Part shown: piece by piece, positions 40,358-50,664 of the stretch
How the letters are laid out: the number at the start of each line of letters is the position of its first letter
How positions within the stretch are numbered: position 1 is the first letter of the stretch
Origin: an uncultured Poribacteria bacterium
Lineage (GTDB): Bacteria; Poribacteria; WGA-4E; WGA-3G
Direction: 5' to 3'
DNA length: 64,000 bases
Assembly (NCBI GenBank): GCA_951813565.1
Contig: OX638351.1
Location: forward strand, 4,320,001-4,384,000
Notes under the pieces: model-generated
What the model was told of the DNA's origin: nothing
The model's database searches: none
The model's input: only the letters and a program-made list of their open reading frames with translations
Made by a program: the position numbers and the translations under genes

Positions 40358-43300
40358 ATGGCCCACACAATAATCGAGAAAAAACACCCCATTAACGGAT
40401 TTCTACGTGTCATACAGTTGGCAATCGTTCTTTTTACTTGTCTATTTTCCCCGCTACAGTGGAGCAGTGCGCAAGTTCCAGAGACCTCAGCACCGGAAGT
40501 TTTGGAAGAAACTAATACCCAGGATGCGAATAAAACTTCCAATTCCATAAAAGAAGTCCTAAATCCTGAAACGATGACTCCTGCGCCAGACACAGTCATC
40601 GGAGATGGAAAGAAAGTCATTTTACAAGATAACTTTGTTCAAATTCATGGAGATGCCCTCATCAAATATGAAGATGTCGTGTTGCGAGCAGACCACGTGT
40701 GGGCAGATTTCAATGATAATTTAATGCGTGCTTCGGGGAACGTGTATCTTAAAGTAGGTAATGAGGAGACTTATTCTGATGAACTTGTTTTTAACCTTGA
40801 AACCAAAAAAGGAATTGCTCGAAACGGCTATACGTTTAGCGATCCGTGGTACTTCGGTGGAAGTGAAATTTTCAAAATAGAGGACAAAAGATCTTATATC
40901 CGCGGTGGGACACTAACGACCTGCTCCCTGAAATATCCCCACTACCATTTTAGCGTCTCTGAAGTGATTGTCCGAATGAATGAAGAAATGATTGCAAAAA
41001 ACATTGTTTTGCATATCGGTGGTGTTCCTCTTTTCTATTTTCCCGCCATTCGGCGCGATTTACGTAAAGGCAAGGTAGCAAAAATTATTGTCAGGGTTGG
41101 CACAGATAGCTACCAAGGCCCTAACATTGGTATCATCTTACCTATAGCACGTAAAAGACGGTACGACGGGGCGTTAATATATGACAGGAGCGCACGAAGG
41201 GGTCAAGGATTCGGATTTGAGGGAAAATACCGCTTTAGTGATACGCAGTTTCGCGAAATTCATATTCCACTGCCACCTAATGCTACGCCTGCCCAACGTA
41301 CAAAACTGCAAGAAAAAGCGAAAGAGATATATGATCGGCTTGAAGGGGATTACGATAGATATTGGCTAAAACAACTCTTTCTGGAATATAAAATCAATGA
41401 CGAAGATACTAACCGGGCAAAAGAAAAAGCCGAAAGTATCCTCAAGCAACTCAATGATGAAAATGCCGACTTTTCACAACTCGCTCAAAATGAATCTAAC
41501 CACTCAGAGACGCGTTACGATGGTGGCGATATGGGATACCTTGCACGAGGCGAGACAGATAAAGAAGGGAAACCGATACTTGATCCGATCATGGAAGAAG
41601 CAGCGTTTGCTCTTAAGGAAGGTGAAATTAGCAGCGTTTTAAAAACTGAATCTGCTTTCCATGTTCTCAAAGCTGAGCGTGTGCTTGACATCTATGGTGA
41701 ACGTGAGATCAAACTCCGCCGTATTGATATTGCCATAACTGCAAGCACACAAACACAAGATGAAGTTCGTGAAACCGCTGAAAAAATTCACGAACGCGCA
41801 CTCGCTGGCGAAACATTTGAACAACTTGCCGCTGAATTTACTGAGGCAAAATTGTCTGAAATTAATGAAGGTAATGGACTACCCCTTAACGAGATGGATT
41901 CTGGGTGGCGATATTCTGTCCGACGTTTGGAAAAACCTGGGGATATTACCGAACGCCGCCCTGTTTTTTCACCGGAAGGTCTTTACATCTTCCAATTAGT
42001 CAAAAAAGAGAAAACACCTACATTTGAGGAACTCGCCGAACAGTTTGAATCGGAATGGAAAACTTTTGAAGCAGAGGTATTAGCAACACCCAGCAAAGAC
42101 GAAAAAACAACCACTTCCGATAAAACTAAAGATACCAGTGATGCAGAAAGTATGCCGCCACCTATAGAAAACGAAAATGATGGAAGTAAAACCTCTACTC
42201 AAGTAGAAACAGTTGAAGATGAAACCACTGAACAGGAAAATACTACGGATGAAGAAGAGGAAGAGTTTGAAGTCTACAAAAAACACGGATATCGCGGACG
42301 GTGGGAAGATCCGCGGCAGGTCGCATCAGAAGCACAAAATCTATATGCTGGAGAATATAGCCGCGTAATTAACACAAAAAAATCATTTCGTCTTATTAAG
42401 GTTGATAAGAAACGCACCTATCGCGGTGATTTTTATTTTTACGGTGCAGATGAATACTCCTTTAGCAGACAGGACGCATCTCGAATCGGTAGACGTTGGA
42501 ATATGCGGTGGGGACACAGGCAATCCTTCTATACACCTTGGGATAGTCGACAGGCAGGACGACGCCCACTGAGTTTTGTTGGACGAACTGAGTGGCGCGC
42601 TCATACCTACAAAAAGGATTTAAAGCTCCAAAATGAATCCACACTTAATTCTTTTGGAATAATTACCTATGGCTCTGCCCTGTCTGCAGCGAGTGAAAAA
42701 GACGTTGACGAAGATGGAAATCTAACATATTCACGAGAAACCATCGGCGATATTACCAGTAGGCTTGAAGTACGACACGTTCAAGATTTTTCAGGTCAAG
42801 GGACGACTGCGCTCCAAAAACTGCCGCAATTTACGCTTAACTTTTCACGAATGCGGTTTAGCAGACTCCCAGTCTTTGAAACAATCAACGATGGCATGGT
42901 ATTCGTAGCCGAAAAAGTAAAATCCGATAAGCCTTTCCTCTCACTTCTCGCTTTTCCAACACTTGAAGATACCAGCTTCGATATGGATATTGAGTTCGGA
43001 AACTTCTATAGACAAACCTATCGAAGTAAACACGGTGAAGAAAATAACGTTTTTCTTCAGACTCTTGACTTAGGGTTTGACCTACGCAAGCAAGCAAACG
43101 TATTTATTACCCCTTTACGCGAGTTGAAATTAAATGCAAGTTTAAACACAAACGCTATCTGGCACGCCAAAGACCAAGACAAAAATAGAAACATTATACG
43201 TGGAGTTTACAGTGTGAGAGCGCAAGCTACCAATACGCTCTTCCGAATCTACAATACCAGATTCATACCAGGTGTCCGAAAATTACGTCATGAACTGCAA

Positions 43301-44095
43301 TCCTCGCTTACTTTTGATTATCAACCCCCTATTGATGAAAATAACAATCTCTATCCATTTGGTCCCAGCACCTATTTCTATGAGCGAAAAAGAATAACTT
43401 ATAACTTTAATACGAACATTGAAATTAAAACCCGGCGCAGCCAGTCTGCTCATCGCATCTTCTACTTTGATACCCGCCTTACTGCTGATTTTACAGAATT
43501 TGAATCGCTATATAGACGTAAATATGAACCGATTGAAAGTGATTTTACGATTGTTCCGTTACCAAGTCGAAATCTAAATATGACTGTTCGTTTTACGCAT
43601 GACCCAAATCCGCATCCTGATGATGGTAAACAATTCAAGATGGTCGGAGTACGCACCAATGTCAGATACACACGACAACAATGGTATGTAAGTGTCGGAA
43701 ATTCTTTCAGTAAACGACATACCTCTATACGTGCATCCCGTTCAATTACTGCTAATGGTAGATATCGTTTCAATAAAGACCTTGAGTTTGACTTTAGCCT
43801 CATCTATTATCCGATTGAAGGGCAATTTTACTCACAACGGGTTAGTATTAACCGCAATTTACACGATTGGAACTTGCGAATTTCATGGAGTCGGGTCGGT
43901 ATTAAACGCGATCCTCCGTTTGATAACGTCCGACAAGATTTCACATTTCAGGTTAACTTGATAGGTGAACCAGCAGTTTCAATGGGCGTCGGTTACGACG
44001 CGACTACCGACACATGGGGACTCCATACCTTACCTGCTGGTGTGCCATATAATGCATTTGGTAGCGGAAATTCGCTTGGTCGTTCATTCTTCTAA
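40358..44095 (+). CDS. lptD: LPS-assembly protein LptD-like with inserted parvulin domains (start uncertain, 40337/40358)
   Basis: Jellyroll LRADHV..ASGNV..FNLETKKG, GTLTTC..PHY, GGVPLFYFP; beta-barrel C-terminus RNLHDW; ~390-aa PPIase-like insert. Confidence 0.8.
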   Translation: MAHTIIEKKHPINGFLRVIQLAIVLFTCLFSPLQWSSAQVPETSAPEVLEETNTQDANKTSNSIKEVLNPETMTPAPDTVIGDGKKVILQDNFVQIHGDALIKYEDVVLRADHVWADFNDNLMRASGNVYLKVGNEETYSDELVFNLETKKGIARNGYTFSDPWYFGGSEIFKIEDKRSYIRGGTLTTCSLKYPHYHFSVSEVIVRMNEEMIAKNIVLHIGGVPLFYFPAIRRDLRKGKVAKIIVRVGTDSYQGPNIGIILPIARKRRYDGALIYDRSARRGQGFGFEGKYRFSDTQFREIHIPLPPNATPAQRTKLQEKAKEIYDRLEGDYDRYWLKQLFLEYKINDEDTNRAKEKAESILKQLNDENADFSQLAQNESNHSETRYDGGDMGYLARGETDKEGKPILDPIMEEAAFALKEGEISSVLKTESAFHVLKAERVLDIYGEREIKLRRIDIAITASTQTQDEVRETAEKIHERALAGETFEQLAAEFTEAKLSEINEGNGLPLNEMDSGWRYSVRRLEKPGDITERRPVFSPEGLYIFQLVKKEKTPTFEELAEQFESEWKTFEAEVLATPSKDEKTTTSDKTKDTSDAESMPPPIENENDGSKTSTQVETVEDETTEQENTTDEEEEEFEVYKKHGYRGRWEDPRQVASEAQNLYAGEYSRVINTKKSFRLIKVDKKRTYRGDFYFYGADEYSFSRQDASRIGRRWNMRWGHRQSFYTPWDSRQAGRRPLSFVGRTEWRAHTYKKDLKLQNESTLNSFGIITYGSALSAASEKDVDEDGNLTYSRETIGDITSRLEVRHVQDFSGQGTTALQKLPQFTLNFSRMRFSRLPVFETINDGMVFVAEKVKSDKPFLSLLAFPTLEDTSFDMDIEFGNFYRQTYRSKHGEENNVFLQTLDLGFDLRKQANVFITPLRELKLNASLNTNAIWHAKDQDKNRNIIRGVYSVRAQATNTLFRIYNTRFIPGVRKLRHELQSSLTFDYQPPIDENNNLYPFGPSTYFYERKRITYNFNTNIEIKTRRSQSAHRIFYFDTRLTADFTEFESLYRRKYEPIESDFTIVPLPSRNLNMTVRFTHDPNPHPDDGKQFKMVGVRTNVRYTRQQWYVSVGNSFSKRHTSIRASRSITANGRYRFNKDLEFDFSLIYYPIEGQFYSQRVSINRNLHDWNLRISWSRVGIKRDPPFDNVRQDFTFQVNLIGEPAVSMGVGYDATTDTWGLHTLPAGVPYNAFGSGNSLGRSFF

Positions 44096-44925
44096 TGATG
44101 CTGTAAATGCAAAGGAATAATAAACTATGAATACTAACTTGACTCAAATCGAAAACAAACTATGGAGTGCTGCGGATGAATTAAGAGCCAATTCAAGTCT
44201 CAAAGGTTCTGAATACTCTACGCCAGTCTTAGGACTTATCTTTTTAAAATACGCCGACTATAAATTCAAACAAGTACAAAAAGAACTTAACTTTGAAACA
44301 TCATCTGGAACGCGGATACGAATTGATGAAAGAACACAATTCCAAGCAAGAGGTGCTTTTTATTTACCAGAAACTGCACGTTTCGACCATTTGCTGAATT
44401 TACCGGAAAGTGACAACATTGGACAAGCTATCTCCAATGCGATGAAAGCTATTGAAGATGAGAACAAACAGGTCGAAGGCGTTTTGCCCAAAAACTACAA
44501 TCGCCTTGAAAAGAGTACCCTCATAGAACTCCTACGCATCATGGAACAAATTTCGATGGACATTGAAGGCGATGCCTTCGGTAAAGTCTACGAATACTTT
44601 CTCGGTAATTTTGCTATGAGTGAGGGGCAAAAAGGCGGTGAGTTCTTCACGCCCACATCACTTGTAAAACTGATCGTTGAAATACTCCAACCATTTCACG
44701 GACGTATCCTTGACCCCGCGTGTGGATCCGGTGGCATGTTCGTTCAAAGTGAGGAGTTCATTCGGAATCACACACAAAACGGTAATCAGGGACATATTAG
44801 CATTCATGGTGTTGAACGGGTGAATGAGACTATCAGACTCTGCAAGATGAACCTTGCCGTGCATGGACATGAAGGGGACATCAGGCAAGCGAACAGTTAT
44901 TATGAAGACCCGCATAAGTCCTTAG

Positions 44926-46289
44926 CACTCCCCGTCAAACCCCCTGCCTTTAGGTAGGGGATGTAGACGGCGAAAGTTTTGATTTAAAATATACTTTCAA
45001 TCTAATCACAATGTGGTATAATATATCATACTATATTGTAGCTCTTGAAGTGATAAAAGACTATATTGAAGGTCAAAGTGGACAATGAGAAAATCTCACA
45101 AGTTCAAACTTCAACACCAATCTAACACAATCAAACTTGGTAATATGCTTGATGATATGTGGGAAATCCATGTGCATATCATGCGTTTGGCACGTAGGTA
45201 TTATCGCATGTTCGGCAAAAATTTGTCTGCGTATCGTCTGAAGGCACACGTCACAAAACTTAAAAAGACAACTAAACCGCATTGGGCAGCCTTGCCGAGT
45301 CAAGTTGTGCAAGACGTTGTCCTACGTTATGGTAAATCACAAGACGCATTTTTCCAAAATATAGCAAGCCGCAAATCAGGTAAAACAACGCGTAAAGTGG
45401 GTAGACCGAAAATCAAACCGAGACACAAATACAACTCCATGACCTTCACACAAGCGGGCTACAAACTTGAAGATAATCGTATCAAAATCAACTGTATAGA
45501 TACATGGTTTTCGTTTCACAAACACCGTGAAATCAAAGGTGTCATCAAGACGATCACCATCAAACGTGACAGGTGCGGTGACTATTGGATATGCTTTTCG
45601 TGCGAGAATGTTGACGATCCCGAACCCAAACCCAAGACAGGTAAGAGCGCAGGATTTGATTACGGAAACAAAACATTCCTCACAAGCGACGAAGGCAACA
45701 AGATAGAATCCCCGCAGTTTTTCAAACAATCACTCAAGACGCTGCGATCTCTCAACAAAGCACTCAGTCGTAAAGTCAAAGGTTCTAACAACTATTATCG
45801 TGCGTGTCGTGCTTTGGCAAGGCAACACAGAAAAGTTGCCCGACAAAGAGAAGATTGGCAGTGGAAACTTGCTCACGAACTTTGTGTAGAGTTTGACACA
45901 CTCATTTTTGAAACGCTGAACCTTGACGGTATGAAACGATTATGGGGACGTAAAGTTTCTGACCATTCTTTCTACCAGTTTCTTCAGATATTGGAACAGA
46001 AGTGTGCGAAGCACGGCAAAAAACTTGTGCGAATCTCTCAATGGATAGCAACAACAAAACCTTGTAGTGATTGTGGATACCATAACAAAGAACTCTCTCT
46101 TTCTGATAGGCAGTGGACATGTCCCGAATGTGGGTCACACCACGACAGAGACACCAACGCTGCTATCAATATCAAACGGGCAGGCTTGGCTGCCTAAAGT
46201 GGAGCGACAATAAGACGGTCAACTCTCTGAGAAAACCGCAGTCGCAAGGAAGCACAAGCCCCTACCTTTAGGTAGTGGGTACCTATGAC
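44926..46289 (+). mobile_element. Non-autonomous IS605-family (tnpB-only) element, copy 3, inside hsdM
   Basis: TTAG|CACTCC...CCTATGAC|GTAAA; no TSD. Confidence 0.96.
45085..46197 (+). CDS. tnpB: TnpB RNA-guided endonuclease
   Basis: RuvC D/E/D and Zn finger intact. Confidence 0.95.
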   Translation: MRKSHKFKLQHQSNTIKLGNMLDDMWEIHVHIMRLARRYYRMFGKNLSAYRLKAHVTKLKKTTKPHWAALPSQVVQDVVLRYGKSQDAFFQNIASRKSGKTTRKVGRPKIKPRHKYNSMTFTQAGYKLEDNRIKINCIDTWFSFHKHREIKGVIKTITIKRDRCGDYWICFSCENVDDPEPKPKTGKSAGFDYGNKTFLTSDEGNKIESPQFFKQSLKTLRSLNKALSRKVKGSNNYYRACRALARQHRKVARQREDWQWKLAHELCVEFDTLIFETLNLDGMKRLWGRKVSDHSFYQFLQILEQKCAKHGKKLVRISQWIATTKPCSDCGYHNKELSLSDRQWTCPECGSHHDRDTNAAINIKRAGLAA

Positions 46290-47092
46290 GTAAATTTGAT
46301 TTTGTGATGGCGAATCCACCTTTTAATGTGGACAGAGTAGACATGGAACGGATAAAAGATGATCCACGATTTCCGTTCGGCATGCCGCGCGTAGATAATG
46401 CTAATTATATTTGGATACAGTTGTTTCTAAGCTCATTAAATGATACAGGTAAAGCGGGTTTTGTAATGGCAAACTCCGCTGCAGACGCGCGCGCTTCGGA
46501 ATTAGAAATACGCAAACAGATTATTGAATCTCGTGTTGTTGATGTGATGATAAGCATTGCCTCAAATTTCTTCTACACTGTAACGCTGCCGTGTACCCTC
46601 TGGTTCTTTGACAAATCCAAACAGGACACCGACAGACACGATAAAGTCCTCTTCATTGATGCGCGCCATCTTTATCAACAAGTCAGTCGGGCACATCGTG
46701 AATTTACACCCATGCAACTGGAATTCTTGGCAAACATAGCGCGCCTTTACCGATACGAAACCCCTGAAAATAGACACGATAGCGAGGAATACCTCAAAAA
46801 CAAATTCCCCGATGAGAAATACGTTGATGTCCCCGGTCTGTGTAAGGTTGCTACAGTAGAAGAAATTGAAGCACAAGGATGGAGCTTAAACCCCGGACGT
46901 TATGTCGGTGTAGCAACACAAGAAAAAGAGGATTTTGACTTTTCGCAACGGTTCGTTGAACTCAATGAGGAATTAGAAATTCTAAACGCGGAGGCACACC
47001 AGATGGAAGAACGCATCGCAGAGAATGTTGCGAAGATTTTAGAGAATACGGTATAATATTATTGAGGTAGAATACGGAAATGAAGGCTGAAA

Positions 47093-47425
47093 ATGAGTGA
47101 AGAAATTAAGATTGAAGAAAGTTCAGGCAATGTGTTTTTAGACATCGGTTTCTCTGAGGAAGAAGCGGAACGTGAGTTGTTAAGGGTAAATCTCGCCTAT
47201 GCAATCCACTGCATTCTTAAAGAACTGAAACTGACACCAGCAAAAGCGTCGACACGCTTCGGACTTGATCCGAATGATGTGAAACGTCTGAAGAAGATGA
47301 ATTTTGAAGATTTTACTGTAGAACGTCTGCTTACGATTCTGAAAAGACTAAACCGAGACGTTGAAATTCATATTAAGCCTTCAAACGAAGAAGGCGGACA
47401 CCTACGAGTCGTTACGACTTCGTGA
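47093..47425 (+). CDS. XRE/HTH_37 (HigA-like) regulator/antitoxin, no cognate toxin adjacent
   Basis: ESSGNVFLDIGF, FTVERLLTILKRLNRDVEIHI. Confidence 0.85.
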   Translation: MSEEIKIEESSGNVFLDIGFSEEEAERELLRVNLAYAIHCILKELKLTPAKASTRFGLDPNDVKRLKKMNFEDFTVERLLTILKRLNRDVEIHIKPSNEEGGHLRVVTTS

Positions 47426-47482
47426 TCTATCCTCTCATAATCCAAATCTGTGATTGAAAATGAATAGAAAACACATAACAGT

Positions 47483-48684
47483 ATGAATAACACAATTCGT
47501 TTTGGTGATTTTGTTGAAGTTAATCCACGTGTCCAATTAGAAAAGGGAAAAGAGCATCCATACATTGAAATGGCTGACATCAATCCAGGTAACGCGTTTG
47601 TTTTTCCTCAAGAAGAACGCGTTTACAAAGGAGGCGGTTCTCGATTTCAATCTGGTGACATCCTGTTTGCTCGCATTACGCCTTGTTTAGAAAACGGAAA
47701 GATCGTTCAATTCAAACACACGGGTAATCAACCCTGTTTTGGATCAACTGAGTTTTCATTTTTCGTGGTAAACCCAATATATCAGACTCAACTTATATTT
47801 TATATTTGGCTCTCAGTCCAATAATTCGAGACCCTGCTGTGAAGAGCATGAGCGGTGCTTCAGGCCGTCAACGTGCTGCTTTGTCATCGGTTGAAGATAT
47901 TTCCATTCCATTTCTTCCCCTCCCAACACAACGCAAAATCGCCGCTATCCTCAGCACCTACGACGACCTCATAGAAAACAACACCCACCGCATCAAAATC
48001 CTTGAAGACATGGCACAAACCCTCTACAGAGAATGGTTCGTCCACTACCGATTTCCGGGACAGGAGAACGTGCCGATGGTCCAATCAGAGTTGGGACCGA
48101 TACCGTAGGGATGGGAGGTTAAGAAATTTGGCGAGGTCTCTCTAAACTTTGATCGTATGCGTAAACCACTATCAGGACAGGTTAGATCAACTATGCAGGG
48201 CGAATATCCATATTATGGTGCTGCTAAAGTTTTGGATCATATCAACGATTATTTATTTGATGGACGGTATTTATTAATTGGTGAAGATGGTAGCGTTGTT
48301 ACTGAGGATGGAAAACCTGTGCTGCAGTTAGTAACTGGAAAGTTCTGGGTAAATAATCATACACATGTTGTCCAAGGAAAGGCACCAATTTCGACAAATT
48401 TCCTTTATTTGTTTATGTCCAATGTAGCCATTTTAGGCTATGTTACCGGTGCCGCACAGCCAAAGATTAACCAACAAAACTTGAATAGAATTCCAGCCAT
48501 TTTGCCTCCACAAAAATTGTTAGAAAAATTTGACCAAATGATTGAACCTAATTTTGAAAACATTACAGCGTTAAAACTGAAAAACGCCAACCTCCGACAA
48601 ACCCGCGACCTCCTCCTCCCTAAACTCATCTCTGGCGAAATAGACGTATCCGACCTTGATATTGACCAAGTCATCCCAATTTAG
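47483..48684 (+). pseudogene. hsdS: Type I R-M specificity subunit HsdS with a frameshift (~47755) and an in-frame TAG (48106-48108)
   Basis: ARITPCLENGK, GASGRQR, LPTQRKIAAIL, GPIP*GWEV, RDLLLPKLISGEIDV. Confidence 0.93.
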
Positions 48685-48696
48685 TTCGCCACTCTG

Positions 48697-48747
48697 AAAG
48701 CAATTGACAAGTACAAACGTGAAAATGTATAATATCAACAAGGCAAT
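48697..48747 (+). promoter_or_regulatory. Repeated promoter module, copy 1
   Basis: AAAGCAATTGACAAGTACA..GAAAATGTATAATATCAACAAGGCAAT (TTGACA-18-TATAAT). Confidence 0.75.
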
Positions 48748-48782
48748 TAAATTGAGATATAATCTGAAAGGAGTACAATTGG

Positions 48783-49106
48783 ATGATCCAAATTTCTGAA
48801 CCGATAACTCTTGAAAAACTGCTGCCATTAATTCAAAAATTGCCTAAAGTGGAACGCGATCAACTACGGAAATCTCTTGAAGCTGAGTCACAACTTGATG
48901 CCGCAATCCTGCTATATCAAGAAGGTAAAGTGACACTCGGAAGAGCCGCTGAATTAGCGGGAATCCACCGTTTCGAGTTGGAAGCGGTTTTAAAGGAGAA
49001 AGGTATATCTAAAATTGCCGAAGTTGATTCAGATGAAAATTTGGAAGCGGGAATTGCGGTCATCAGGGAATTGCACAAATCAAACATCAGCACAGAGGAA
49101 CAATAA
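48783..49106 (+). CDS. UPF0175-family putative antitoxin
   Basis: AILLYQEGKVTLGRAAELAGI..L..KGI. Confidence 0.85.
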   Translation: MIQISEPITLEKLLPLIQKLPKVERDQLRKSLEAESQLDAAILLYQEGKVTLGRAAELAGIHRFELEAVLKEKGISKIAEVDSDENLEAGIAVIRELHKSNISTEEQ

Positions 49107-49108
49107 CT

Positions 49109-49599
49109 TTGGTCTTTGTTGATACTGATGTTCTTTCAATTTTCGCCAAGATTCAGAGGTTATCTCTCTTGTTTGCGGTTTTTCATCAAGACCAGCTTAA
49201 CATTGCTACTGCTGTCGAAAATGAAATCAAAATCGCGAGCTCAAAAGGGTTCACTTCGCGCATGAAATTATAGAACTAAATACACAAGGTCAAATTCGCA
49301 CACATCGCACGACGAGTGCATATCAAAAGTTTATGCGTTCCTTACCACAAACACTTGATGCAGGGGAACGCGAATCTATGGCACTTTGTAAACGCCTAAA
49401 AGCTATTTTGGTTAGCAACGAACGGCGCGTAATGCACCATTGCGGTGCAAACCGTATTGATTGTATTAACTTAGCTCAGATTTTACGCACACTCTGGAAA
49501 TTAAACATCTTGACCCAAACTGATGTTCGGCAAGTTATAACCGAGATTGAAACAAAAGATAATCTAAAATTTCGAACAACTGAACCAATTTTCAAATGA
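49109..49599 (+). pseudogene. PIN-domain (DUF3368-like) toxin, frameshifted
   Basis: LVFVDTDVLSIFAK from 49109; frame break near 49250; LDAGERESMAL..LVSNERR downstream. Confidence 0.75.
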
Positions 49600-49643
49600 A
49601 TCCTTACAGTGAAGACTAACTCATCGAACGACCTGCCATTGCG
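49596..49643 (+). pseudogene. Relic of an hsdR 5' end
   Basis: MNPYSED*LIERPAIA versus HsdR start MRNPYSENQLVEQPAIE. Confidence 0.65.
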
Positions 49644-49791
49644 CAAGACGCTGACAACACCAAAATTTCAGAGTCGCAATTTTGCTCAAAACCAGATAAT
49701 CCCGCTCCCAGACTAATCGGATAGGCATTTTTCGCTACCTGCTATTTCGCGTTTTACTCTGAAAACTCTGAAATTTGGCAGTATAAAACCA

Positions 49792-49842
49792 AAAGCAATT
49801 GACAAGTACAACCGTGAAAATGTATAATATCAACAAGGCAAT
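49792..49842 (+). promoter_or_regulatory. Repeated promoter module, copy 2
   Basis: Differs from 48697-48747 at about one position. Confidence 0.75.
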
Positions 49843-49855
49843 GAGGAGGACACCA

Positions 49856-50146
49856 ATGCTCAAAATCAACCCGCAATATCTTGTTGATGACAAAGGTGAG
49901 AAAACCGCTGCGCTCCTGACAATCAAAGAATTCCAACTGCTCATGCAGCGTCTTGAAGACTTAGAAGATACTTTAGAGATGGACGCTGCGGTCGAAACCG
50001 ATCAAGCAGAACTTATGGAATACGCTGAGGCACAACTTCGCAAGTTGTGTGACTCACGCAAGTTGAATTGGGATAAGATGAGCGAGGCGGATCGTGAAAA
50101 TTTTGTTAATGACCTCATCCATGAGGATCGCGAATGCAGCCGGTAG
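49856..50146 (+). CDS. Putative antitoxin (possibly chimeric)
   Basis: GAGGAGG RBS; PQYLVDDKGEKTAALLTIKEF..LEDLED antitoxin-like N-terminus; overlaps the PIN gene. Confidence 0.7.
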   Translation: MLKINPQYLVDDKGEKTAALLTIKEFQLLMQRLEDLEDTLEMDAAVETDQAELMEYAEAQLRKLCDSRKLNWDKMSEADRENFVNDLIHEDRECSR

Positions 50147-50541
50147 TTGTTTATGATACAAATATTCTATTTTCCGCTACTGGTTGGAAAGGAACTCCTT
50201 TTCATTGTCTTGAATTAGCACGACATGGCAGCATTAAAGGCATAACCTGCATAGAAATTTTAGATGAATTAGCAGAAAAGCTCTCTACCAAGCTCAATTT
50301 CTCGTCAACCCAAACAAGAAAAAGGATTGAATACCTCAGCAGTTTTCTGCGGCTGGTTACGATTAACAACACCCTCAAGATTGTTGATGCGGATCCGGAC
50401 GATGACAAAGTTATTGAATGCGCGGTTGTAGGTTCGGCAACCCACATTGTGACTGGCGATTCGCATTTGTTAAAACTTGGAAACTATCAGAATATACAGA
50501 TCGTAACAGCTGCAGATTTCTACGCTCAGTTTTCACGATAA
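50134..50541 (+). CDS. PIN-domain toxin (PIN_3 type)
   Basis: VVYDTNIL, ILDEL, DPDDDKVIECAV, IVTGDSHLL. Confidence 0.9.
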   Translation: MQPVVVYDTNILFSATGWKGTPFHCLELARHGSIKGITCIEILDELAEKLSTKLNFSSTQTRKRIEYLSSFLRLVTINNTLKIVDADPDDDKVIECAVVGSATHIVTGDSHLLKLGNYQNIQIVTAADFYAQFSR

Positions 50542-50664
50542 CATATCAATATAACCGATTGGCGAATACGCGTTGGGATATACCGAATTCTATATCAAAT
50601 AGACGACCAACATCGGCGTGTCAACATTTACCGAATCAAACACCGTCGAGATGCCTATCGTTAG
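50542..50664 (+). pseudogene. C-terminal fragment of a RelE/ParE toxin
   Basis: Manual translation ITDWRIRVGIYRILYQIDDQHRRVNIYRIKHRRDAYR*. Confidence 0.8.

Larger units (their letters stand above)
44127..47056 (+). pseudogene. hsdM: Type I R-M methyltransferase HsdM interrupted by the IS605 element (parts 44127-44925 and 46290-47056)
   Basis: [23 protein letters not shown] before the insertion and NPPF after it; removing 44926-46289 restores [15 protein letters not shown] and a 521-aa ORF. Confidence 0.95.

Noticed and set aside
44926..46289. IStron (self-splicing intron + TnpB) rescuing hsdM
   Set aside because: Only ~160 nt precede tnpB, and these are accounted for by the left hairpin, promoter and tnpA tail; no group I intron core is visible, and the element ends in C rather than the terminal G
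48106..48108. Recoded TAG (pyrrolysine or alternative code) in hsdS
   Set aside because: The gene also has a frameshift, and TAG is used as a normal stop elsewhere in the window
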